Part shown: in pieces, positions 19,783 to 27,255 of the stretch | Numbering within the stretch: the first letter of the stretch is position 1 | Layout of the letters: every line of letters starts with the position of its first letter | Assembly (NCBI GenBank): GCA_963770895.1 | Contig: CAVYRF010000002.1 | Location: 2,336,001-2,400,000, forward strand | Length of the DNA stretch: 64,000 nt | Direction of reading: 5' to 3' | Source: an uncultured Acidobacteriota bacterium | GTDB lineage: Bacteria > Acidobacteriota > Thermoanaerobaculia > Multivoradales > UBA5704 | Notes under the pieces: model-generated | Seen by the model: the letters and a program-made list of their open reading frames with translations, nothing else | Databases searched by the model: none | Told to the model about the DNA's origin: nothing | Position numbers and translations under genes: made by a program

Positions 19783-20667
19783 TCAGGGTTCGTCGGCGTC
19801 CAGATCGGGGACGGCGGCCAGGGGCGGTTGCGACCAGGCGCGCGCCAGGATCTGGGCGGCGCGCGGTGCGTCGGACTGGCGGACCTCCAGCCGGTTCCAG
19901 GCGACCACGTTGGTGGACAGCAGGTTGACGGCCGGCAGGCGCTCTTCCAGCACGCACGAGCGCACGCCTTCCGATTCCAGCAGGGTGCTGGCCAGGTGGG
20001 CCTCCCAGGGGGTGTGGAAGCGGGCGACCGTGGTCAGGGGCGCGTCTTCGGGTGTGGCCGGGATGGGCGCCGCGGGGTCGGGGCTGCCGGCCGGGAACCG
20101 CGGCGGGACGGCGCGTCCCCGGATTGCGCCGGCATCGCCGGCGCGGTCGGGGGTGCGGGCGGCGGCGGCGACCTCTTCGGTCTTCCACAGCACGCCGCAG
20201 TCGCCGCAGCGGTAGCCCTTGCGCCCCACCGGCAGGACGCCCAGCATCATGCGCGACGAGCGCTCCAGCTGGAGGTCGGCGCTGCCGCAGGCGGGACAGC
20301 GCGGTTCGGCGGGTGCCTGATGGACAGCGCCGGGGCCATCGATGGCAGCGACCGCGTCGGTGGCACCGGGCGCATCGGCATCGGCGGCGGGCTCCTGGGC
20401 CAGCAGGTAGATTTCTGGCAGCGGCGCCAGGCGCCGCAGCGCTTCGGCCGCTGCCGCGGCGTCCTGCTCGCGCACCTTCAGCTGGATGCCGCCGATGGCG
20501 TTGGACAGCGCCACCATGCGGATGACGTGCTCGTCGGCAATCATTGCCACGATCCCTTCGGCGCCCAGCCGCGCCTGCGCGACCTGCGCCTCCCAGGGGG
20601 TGCTGAAGGTGGCGACCGTGACCAGCCGTTGCAGCTCGTAGTGCGGATCGAGATCGCCGCCGCTCAC
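19783..20667 (-). CDS. Tandem DUF2007 (putative signal-transducing) domains flanking a zinc ribbon
   Basis: LVTVATF..WEAQVAQARLGAEGI and LTTVARF..WEAHLASTLLESEGV; central CPAC..CGDC. Confidence 0.75.
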   Translation of the reverse strand: MSGGDLDPHYELQRLVTVATFSTPWEAQVAQARLGAEGIVAMIADEHVIRMVALSNAIGGIQLKVREQDAAAAAEALRRLAPLPEIYLLAQEPAADADAPGATDAVAAIDGPGAVHQAPAEPRCPACGSADLQLERSSRMMLGVLPVGRKGYRCGDCGVLWKTEEVAAAARTPDRAGDAGAIRGRAVPPRFPAGSPDPAAPIPATPEDAPLTTVARFHTPWEAHLASTLLESEGVRSCVLEERLPAVNLLSTNVVAWNRLEVRQSDAPRAAQILARAWSQPPLAAVPDLDADEP

Positions 20668-20849
20668 CGGAGCACCCCGCCGCTGCGCAGCAGCGCCATC
20701 ACGCCCACGGCCAGGGCGACGAAAAAGATCGCCGTCACCAGTGCCGCGACCAGCCCCGCGCGCCGGCTGCGTTGGTGGGCGGTGATGAAATAGGCGCCCA
20801 GCGAGGCAAGCACGGCGAACAGCAGGAAGAGCACGACGCTCAGCAGCAT
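20664..20849 (-). CDS. Small two-TM membrane protein
   Basis: Two hydrophobic helices separated by HQRSRR. The stop overlaps the next start (GTGA). Confidence 0.65.
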   Translation of the reverse strand: MLLSVVLFLLFAVLASLGAYFITAHQRSRRAGLVAALVTAIFFVALAVGVMALLRSGGVLR

Positions 20850-21054
20850 GGTGTCGTCGTCATAGGCAGGGCAAGGCAGGACAGTCGGGAGCGGCGGCCG
20901 CCGGCCGGTCGCTCGCCGCTGCCCGGCGGCAGGATCTTATCCCGGCGTGTCCGGCGTTGCGAGCAGGGCGAGCGTGGCGAGCGCAAGCTGCCCCAGCCGC
21001 GCGGCGTTCCGTGGGCGTGTGTCGCGGTCGAGGGCGCGGCCGGAGATTTTGTCT

Positions 21055-22662
21055 TCAGGGCGCGCCGCGGTGACCGAGCAGGACGGCGACGTCGTCCTGG
21101 TGGACGCGGGTCCAGTTGCCGGTGGCTTGCAGCTGCAGCGCCAGCGCGCCGTTGTCGGCCGCGGCGCGCGGCCACAGCACCCAGTCGGCGCCGGAGCCTT
21201 CCAGCACCTGCTGCCAGCCGGGCTCCAGATTCTGCACCTGGCTGTAGGCGCGCTCGGTGGCGGCGTCGAACAGCGTTTCGGCGCGCGGATCGATGTAGAC
21301 CTGCAGGCGGCCGTCGGTGCGCCAGTCCACGTAGCCGCCCCACGGATAGAAGGCGAACAGCTTGCCCCGCAAGTGGTGCGCCGCGGCGAAATCGAGCGCC
21401 GCGGCGGGCAGCAGGTCGCTGCGCGTGGTGGCGGCAAAGGCGCCGGACGCCGGCCGCGCCGCGAGCAGCAGGATGCATCCCACCGCGATGCCCGCGGCGG
21501 GCGGCACGGCGGCAAGCCACCACCGCCCCGCGCCGTCGCCGTCGCGCCGCGGGGCCGCGCCGTGGGCGCCTGCCGTGCCGCGTGCGGCCGCCATGCGGCG
21601 CGCCACCTCGCCGATCGCCAGCGCCAGGACCAGGCTCGCCGCAAGGGCGAAGAGTGGGATGAAACGGCGGCTGGCGCACGCCATGGCCAGGGTCACCGCC
21701 GCGGCGACGGCCGCCGCGCAGCTTTCGCGCCGGCGCCGGCGCCAGCCGCCGGCGGCGAAGAGGATCAGCGCCGCGATCGCCAGGACTCCGATCGCCCAGG
21801 GGAAGAGCGGCGCGCTCTGGCCGCGCGGCACGAAAGGCGACAGCCATTCGACCAGCAGCTGACGCGAGGCGCTGCCGGCCGCCAGCAGCCCCAGCGGGTA
21901 GGTCAGCGCGGCGGTGCCGTAGGGGTTGGCGAGCGTCGCGAACAGGCAGGCCAGCGCCGTGGCGGCCAGGTCGCGGAGCTGGCGGTGGCGGGCGGCAGAC
22001 CCCGGCTCGCCGGCCGGGAAGCAGCCGTCCACCGCCAGCAGCGCCCACAGCAGGGCCAGGCCGAAGACGACGCCCGCGTGCAGATTGGCCCACAGCGCGA
22101 AGAGGACCGGCAGCAGCCGGAGCGACCCCTGGCGCAGCACGGTGACCTGCAACACGACGACGGTGAACAGCAACGAATACAGGTGGGGACGGATCTCGAA
22201 AAACACCATCGCCACGTGCAGGGTGAACAGCAGCACCGCGAAGGCGCCCGGCCAGGGCGCGCCGAGCCGGCGCAGCAGACGGAACAGCAGCAGGAACGTG
22301 GCCAGCAGCAGCAGCCACTTCCACACCATCAGCGACGCCAGTCCGAAGCTCTCCGCCCAGCCTTGGAAAATGACCTGCGCCAGCCACTCATGGTCGTGCC
22401 ACGGTTGCCCCGCGGCGGTATAGGACCACGTATCCACCGCCGGCAACGCTTCGTGCTCCAGCATCCACCGCCCGGCCGCCAGGTGGAACCAGAGGTCGCC
22501 GTTGAACACCACGCCGAACCCCGCCGCGACGATGACCAGCGCCGCGGCCAGGCACCAGAGCCAGGCCACCCAGCGGCGCCGGCCAGGCACCGCTGCGCCG
22601 CCGTCGTCGCCGCCTTCGGCGGCCGGCGAGGGCGCTGCCGCGGCGCGCCGGGTGCGGGTCAC
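21055..22662 (-). CDS. Polytopic membrane protein, GT-C glycosyltransferase-like
   Basis: GDLWFHLAAGRW, W.DHEWLAQV, IRPHL, LWANLHAG, NPYG, EW.SP, WGGY..W, VYIDPR. Start placed at GTG 22662, just after xseB. Confidence 0.7.
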   Translation of the reverse strand: MTRTRRAAAAPSPAAEGGDDGGAAVPGRRRWVAWLWCLAAALVIVAAGFGVVFNGDLWFHLAAGRWMLEHEALPAVDTWSYTAAGQPWHDHEWLAQVIFQGWAESFGLASLMVWKWLLLLATFLLLFRLLRRLGAPWPGAFAVLLFTLHVAMVFFEIRPHLYSLLFTVVVLQVTVLRQGSLRLLPVLFALWANLHAGVVFGLALLWALLAVDGCFPAGEPGSAARHRQLRDLAATALACLFATLANPYGTAALTYPLGLLAAGSASRQLLVEWLSPFVPRGQSAPLFPWAIGVLAIAALILFAAGGWRRRRRESCAAAVAAAVTLAMACASRRFIPLFALAASLVLALAIGEVARRMAAARGTAGAHGAAPRRDGDGAGRWWLAAVPPAAGIAVGCILLLAARPASGAFAATTRSDLLPAAALDFAAAHHLRGKLFAFYPWGGYVDWRTDGRLQVYIDPRAETLFDAATERAYSQVQNLEPGWQQVLEGSGADWVLWPRAAADNGALALQLQATGNWTRVHQDDVAVLLGHRGAP

Positions 22663-22672
22663 TCGTGATGAG

Positions 22673-22987
22673 TCACTGCGAAGTGGTGTCGCGGTCGCCC
22701 TCTTCGAGGGCCTGGACGATTTGGGTGACTTCGACTTCCGCTTTGCGGATCTTGCCACGGCAGAGGTCGAGCAGCTGGGCGGCGCGGCGCAGCTCGCGGG
22801 CCAGCTGGTCGATGTCGATCTGGTCGCCCTCGATTCGTTCGAGGATGCCTTCCAGCTCTTCCATGGCCTGGCGAAAGCCCAGGTGCGCCGTTTCGGCGGG
22901 CGCCGCCGTCGCGGCTGCGTCGGCGCCTGCGGCAGGCGGTGCGTCCGCCGCCGGCGCCGGGTCGTGGTGATCGTCAGCCTGGCTCAT
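22673..22987 (-). CDS. xseB: Exodeoxyribonuclease VII small subunit
   Basis: FRQAMEELEGILERIE..IDIDQL..LLDLCRGKIRKAE; follows xseA. Confidence 0.9.
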   Translation of the reverse strand: MSQADDHHDPAPAADAPPAAGADAAATAAPAETAHLGFRQAMEELEGILERIEGDQIDIDQLARELRRAAQLLDLCRGKIRKAEVEVTQIVQALEEGDRDTTSQ

Positions 22988-23021
22988 CGGGTCCCCTTGT
23001 CGGCGTGCGGCAGGTGCCGGC

Positions 23022-24512
23022 TCATCGGGCTGCCTCGTCGGGAGGAGCCGCATGGAAGTCCAAAGCGATCTGTGCGCCGGCGGCCGGCGCCCTGGTGTTC
23101 GCCGCCGCCGCTGGCGTGGCCGCCGCCGGCCGTGCCGCCGCCGCCACCACGCGGCTGCGCAGCATGCCGCCGGCGAGCTGGCTGGTGAGCAGGGCGCCTT
23201 CAGGCACCCGGCCAGGTTCGCGCAGCAGCTGGCCGGCGGCGTCGCGGGTGATGCTGAAGCCGCGCTCCAGGGTGCGCTGGGGATCGAGCTGGAGCGCCAG
23301 GCGCTCCAGCCCCTGCAGGGTGGCGCGAGCGGTGCGCAGGTGGCCGCGGGCGGTCGCGGCGGCGCGCTCGCCGTGGCGCCGGCGCTCGCGCTCGCTGCGC
23401 TCGACCAGGCGCGGCGCGGCGGCGATCAGGCGCAGCTTTGCGCTGTCGCCGCGCCGGCCGGCGGCACGCAGGGCGCTGCCGCCCAACCGGGCGAGGCTGC
23501 GGGTGTGCTCGGCCAGGTGGGCGCTGGCGCCGGCCAGCCGCACGCGCGCCAGGCTGACGCCGCGCTGCGCCCGGCCCAGCGCTTCGCGCGCCCGCGCCGC
23601 CGGCCGCGGCGCCTGGCGCAGCAGCGCCCGCTGCAGTTCCAGGACGGCGAGATCGACGCGGGCGATCCGTTCGATCAGGAACTCCGCCGCCATCGTCGGC
23701 GTCTTCAAGGAGGTGTGCGCGACCAGGTCGGCGATCGAGCGGTCGATCTCATGCCCCAGGCCGGTGATCACCGGGAACGGCGCGCGGGCGATCGCTTCGG
23801 CGATCACCCGGCTGTCGAACGCCGCCAGGTCGGTGCGCGCGCCGCCGCCGCGGATGAGCACCGCGCAATCGATCGCGCGGGCGCCGGGCGCCGCCAGCAG
23901 GGCGAGCGCCGACGCCACCTGCCGCTCGGCGTCGCGCCCCTGCACCGCGGCGTGCACGAACAGGACGCGAAACCCGTAGCCGCTGGCCCGCAAGCCCGAC
24001 AGGAAATCGTGGTAGGCGGCGCTCCCCTCGGAAGTGATCAGTGCCACGGTCAGCGGCAGGTCGGCCAGCGCCAGGGCGCGGTTGCGCTCCATCAGGCCGG
24101 CCGCCGTCAGCGCCGCCAGCGTTTCGCGGCGCCGCAGCTCCAGCAGGCCCAGGGTGAACGTCGGGTCGATCTCGCGCACGGTCAGCTGCACGCGGCCGCT
24201 GGGGCCGTAGAAGTCGAGGCTGCCGCGGCAGCGGATCTGCACGCCGTCGGTCAGGCGCTGGTCGGTCGCGGCGAGCACGCGTTTGACCCGCTGGTGATCG
24301 GTCGCCCACATCACCGCATCCAGCTTGCCGACGACGCCGTCGTCGTCGCCTTTTTCGATCAGCTCGAAATAGACGTGGCCGCGCGGCGACTGCTTGACGC
24401 GCTGCACTTCGCCGATCACCCAGACGCCGGAGAACGCTTCGCTGAGCAGCTCCCGGATCTCGCCGCACAGCTGCGAGACGCTGTAGGTGGGTTCCAGCAG
24501 GGGCAGGCTCAA
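23022..24512 (-). CDS. xseA: Exodeoxyribonuclease VII large subunit
   Basis: YSVSQL, VWVIGEV, GHVYFEL, AVQG, IRGGG, VITGLGHEID, TPTMAAE, LERGFSI. TTG start with GGAG RBS. Confidence 0.92.
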   Translation of the reverse strand: MSLPLLEPTYSVSQLCGEIRELLSEAFSGVWVIGEVQRVKQSPRGHVYFELIEKGDDDGVVGKLDAVMWATDHQRVKRVLAATDQRLTDGVQIRCRGSLDFYGPSGRVQLTVREIDPTFTLGLLELRRRETLAALTAAGLMERNRALALADLPLTVALITSEGSAAYHDFLSGLRASGYGFRVLFVHAAVQGRDAERQVASALALLAAPGARAIDCAVLIRGGGARTDLAAFDSRVIAEAIARAPFPVITGLGHEIDRSIADLVAHTSLKTPTMAAEFLIERIARVDLAVLELQRALLRQAPRPAARAREALGRAQRGVSLARVRLAGASAHLAEHTRSLARLGGSALRAAGRRGDSAKLRLIAAAPRLVERSERERRRHGERAAATARGHLRTARATLQGLERLALQLDPQRTLERGFSITRDAAGQLLREPGRVPEGALLTSQLAGGMLRSRVVAAAARPAAATPAAAANTRAPAAGAQIALDFHAAPPDEAAR

Positions 24513-24583
24513 AAGCGAATCTCCGTCAGACGGGAGCAGCTGTGGCGCGGGACGAGACAGGGGGCGCCGGCGTGGCGGCCCGG

Positions 24584-25132
24584 TCAATGATAGGACTTGA
24601 GCTCCTTGGACGACGTGAGCGGAATGGCTTCGGCCCATTCGATGGCTTTCTTGTCGCCCGCGGTCAGCTTGCCAAGGAAATCGACCGCTTCGTCCCGCTC
24701 GTGGAACAGCCGCCATATAAAGGTGTGGCCGGCGGGGGCGGTGAAGTAGGTGTAGTGCTTGGCGCCGTTGGAAAGGTCGAAGCCGAGGTTGGTTTCGCCG
24801 TTGACGCCGACGCAGGCAAGGGCGATGGCGCGGCAGGCCAGGGCCAGGGCCTTGATGGCGTCTTCGTAGTCGCTCAGCTCTTCGCGCGACAGCGGCGAGT
24901 GATAGAGCGAGATGCGGGTGCAGTCTTCTTCCGCCAGCAGGTTGTAAGGAATGTCGTTGCGGTCCATCGCATCCTTGGTCTCACCGGTGGTGACGAACAC
25001 GTCGTCGGTGCCGGTCACCTTGTAGGTGATGGCGTACACGTCCTTTTCAAGCTGCGAGAAGGCCTCGGCCAGGATGCTCTCATCTTCGATGGTGAAGTAG
25101 TACAGCCGGTTCATCAAGCGTCGCGCTGCCAT
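24584..25132 (-). CDS. Hypothetical acidic cytoplasmic protein (~180 aa)
   Basis: Strong codon bias, RBS GGAG before the ATG at 25132 (alternative 25114). No family recognised. Confidence 0.75.
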   Translation of the reverse strand: MAARRLMNRLYYFTIEDESILAEAFSQLEKDVYAITYKVTGTDDVFVTTGETKDAMDRNDIPYNLLAEEDCTRISLYHSPLSREELSDYEDAIKALALACRAIALACVGVNGETNLGFDLSNGAKHYTYFTAPAGHTFIWRLFHERDEAVDFLGKLTAGDKKAIEWAEAIPLTSSKELKSYH

Positions 25133-25154
25133 AAACTCCGCTCCCCCACTGGCT

Positions 25155-25197
25155 GAAGTTGGCGCTTTCGCGCCACTCCGAATGCGCCAGTCTAGCA
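25155..25197 (-). promoter_or_regulatory. Extended -10 (TGcTAGACT) followed by a 5'-UTR stem-loop with GAAA tetraloop
   Basis: Minus strand: TGCTAGACT at 25197-25189, then GGAGTGGCGC-GAAA-GCGCCA(A)CTTC at 25179-25155, just upstream of the RBS. Confidence 0.5.
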
Positions 25198-25456
25198 CAC
25201 GGCCGCCAGCCGCCCGAGCCCCAGGCGCCGCCCGCCAAGCGGTTCGGTAGCATGGCAGTACTGCGGTGCCGCAGAGACCGCGCAAGCGGCGGTGCGCGAT
25301 GACCGCGCAATCACTCACGCCTTATTTGCGCCATCGCCGTCCACTCCCGCCTCGGGGGGAGGCAGCCACAAGGCGGGAACGCCACCCCAGGGGCTGCTGC
25401 GTGGGCGAGGCGCGTTGCGCGTGATACTCTTCCAACTCCCGCCGGCCCCATGAGCC

Positions 25457-27172
25457 ATGCTCACCAAATTGAAGATCCGCAACTTCAAGCTATTCGATGA
25501 GGTCGAGCTTGAGCTGGGCGATCGCGTCGTTCTGATTGGTCCCAACAACTCCGGCAAGACCTCGGCTCTCCAAGCCTTGGCCCTCTGGGACATCGGGGTC
25601 AAACGTTGGAGCGAGAAACGGGGCGCGGGTAGCGTCCCGGAAAAACGGCCCGGGGTCACCATCAATCGGCGCGACCTTATTACCGTGCCCGTGCCGGCCG
25701 CCAATCTGCTGTGGAAGGATCTGCACACCCAGGAAGCGAGCCACGAAAATGGCGGCACGCGCAAGGTGAACATCGAGGTCACCGTCGAAGGTATAGCTGA
25801 CGGCGCAACCTGGAGCTTCGGCCTTGAGTTCTATTACGCCAACGAAGAATCCTTCTACTGCCGCCCCTTGCGAACGGGGAGCGGCGAACGTATGGATTTG
25901 TCAAGGGCCGCCACCGAAGTTCGGGTGGCCTACCTGCCGCCGATGTCGGGGCTCGCAACCAGCGAGAACCGGCTGGACGAAGGCGCGGTGAATGTGGCCC
26001 TAGGCGAAGGTCGCACGGCCGAAGTCCTGCGCAACCTCTGCTACCGCGTATTGCAAGGGCCGAACGGCGAAAGCCAATGGCAGCAACTCGTTGACAGCAT
26101 GGGTTCGCTTTTTGGAATCACCCTGGAAAAGCCCATGTACATTCCTGAGCGCGGCGAGATCGTCATGGCTTACCGCGCTCGCCAGGGGGTTCGCCTTGAC
26201 ATCTCGGCCAGCGGCCGGGGCCAGCAGCAAACCCTGCTGCTGCTCGCCCACATGATCGTCAACCCGGGCGCCGTTCTGATGCTTGATGAACCGGACGCAC
26301 ACCTGGAAATCCTGCGTCAACGGCAAATTTACCAGATCCTGACAAGGGCTGCCGTCGCTACCGGCAGTCAGATTCTTGCCGCGAGTCATTCCGAAGTGCT
26401 GCTCAACGAAGCGGCGGGCCTCGACGTCGTCATTGCGTTCGTGGGGAAGCCGCACCGGATCGATGATCGCGGCAGCCAGCTGTTAAAGGCCCTCAAGGAT
26501 ATTGGCTTTGACCACTACTACCAGGCCGAGGAAACAGGTTGGGTGCTCTACTTGGAAGGCTCCTCGGACCTGGCGATCCTGAATGCCTTCGCCCACCGGC
26601 TGGACCACTCGGCGAAGCACTGGCTGCAGCGCCCTTTCGTGCAGTACGTGGCAAACCAGCCGCGGAAAGCGCAGGAGCATTTCCACGGCCTGCGAGAGGC
26701 CAAGCACGACCTGGTGGGCGTGGCTTTATATGATCGCCTGAGCCAGGGCCTCCCGAGGGATTCACATCTGCAACAGCTGATGTGGAGCCGGCGCGAGATC
26801 GAGAATTACCTTTGCCAGCGCGAAACGCTGATCGCCTTCGCTGAATCGGAGGGTCGGGCACAGACGGGAGGCGAGCTGTTCGCCGTTCCCTGGCGCGGCG
26901 CAATGGAGGAGGCGATCAGGGACATTGAGGCTGCCCTTGCGACGCTCGACTTGCCCTCTCCCTGGGGCCCTGACATCAAGGCGAGCGAGGACTTCCTCGA
27001 CCGGCTATTTGCTCGCTTTTACGCCAATCTTCGTCTACCGAACGTCAAACAGAAGTCCGACTACCATTTGTTGGTGTCATACGTGCCCCTTGAGTCGATC
27101 GACGCTGAAATACGCGACAAGCTCGACGCCATAGCATCCGTGGCGGCTGGCGCCCGACCCAGGCGATCGTGA
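25457..27172 (+). CDS. ABC-type (AAA_15/AAA_21-like) ATPase fused to a TOPRIM-like nuclease domain; OLD-family / fused AriAB-like candidate defence protein
   Basis: LKIRNFK, GPNNSGKT (Walker A), SGRGQQQ, LMLDEPDAHL (Walker B), ASHS, YLEGSSD, REIENYL. Codon usage is atypical for the window. Confidence 0.8.
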   Translation: MLTKLKIRNFKLFDEVELELGDRVVLIGPNNSGKTSALQALALWDIGVKRWSEKRGAGSVPEKRPGVTINRRDLITVPVPAANLLWKDLHTQEASHENGGTRKVNIEVTVEGIADGATWSFGLEFYYANEESFYCRPLRTGSGERMDLSRAATEVRVAYLPPMSGLATSENRLDEGAVNVALGEGRTAEVLRNLCYRVLQGPNGESQWQQLVDSMGSLFGITLEKPMYIPERGEIVMAYRARQGVRLDISASGRGQQQTLLLLAHMIVNPGAVLMLDEPDAHLEILRQRQIYQILTRAAVATGSQILAASHSEVLLNEAAGLDVVIAFVGKPHRIDDRGSQLLKALKDIGFDHYYQAEETGWVLYLEGSSDLAILNAFAHRLDHSAKHWLQRPFVQYVANQPRKAQEHFHGLREAKHDLVGVALYDRLSQGLPRDSHLQQLMWSRREIENYLCQRETLIAFAESEGRAQTGGELFAVPWRGAMEEAIRDIEAALATLDLPSPWGPDIKASEDFLDRLFARFYANLRLPNVKQKSDYHLLVSYVPLESIDAEIRDKLDAIASVAAGARPRRS

Positions 27173-27255
27173 CTGCGCCGCGCAAGGTATCGGCGCTGTG
27201 CCGGCGCCGTTCGGCCTCGGATACGCGTTGCCCTCGATCTAACTAAGACTGAGGG

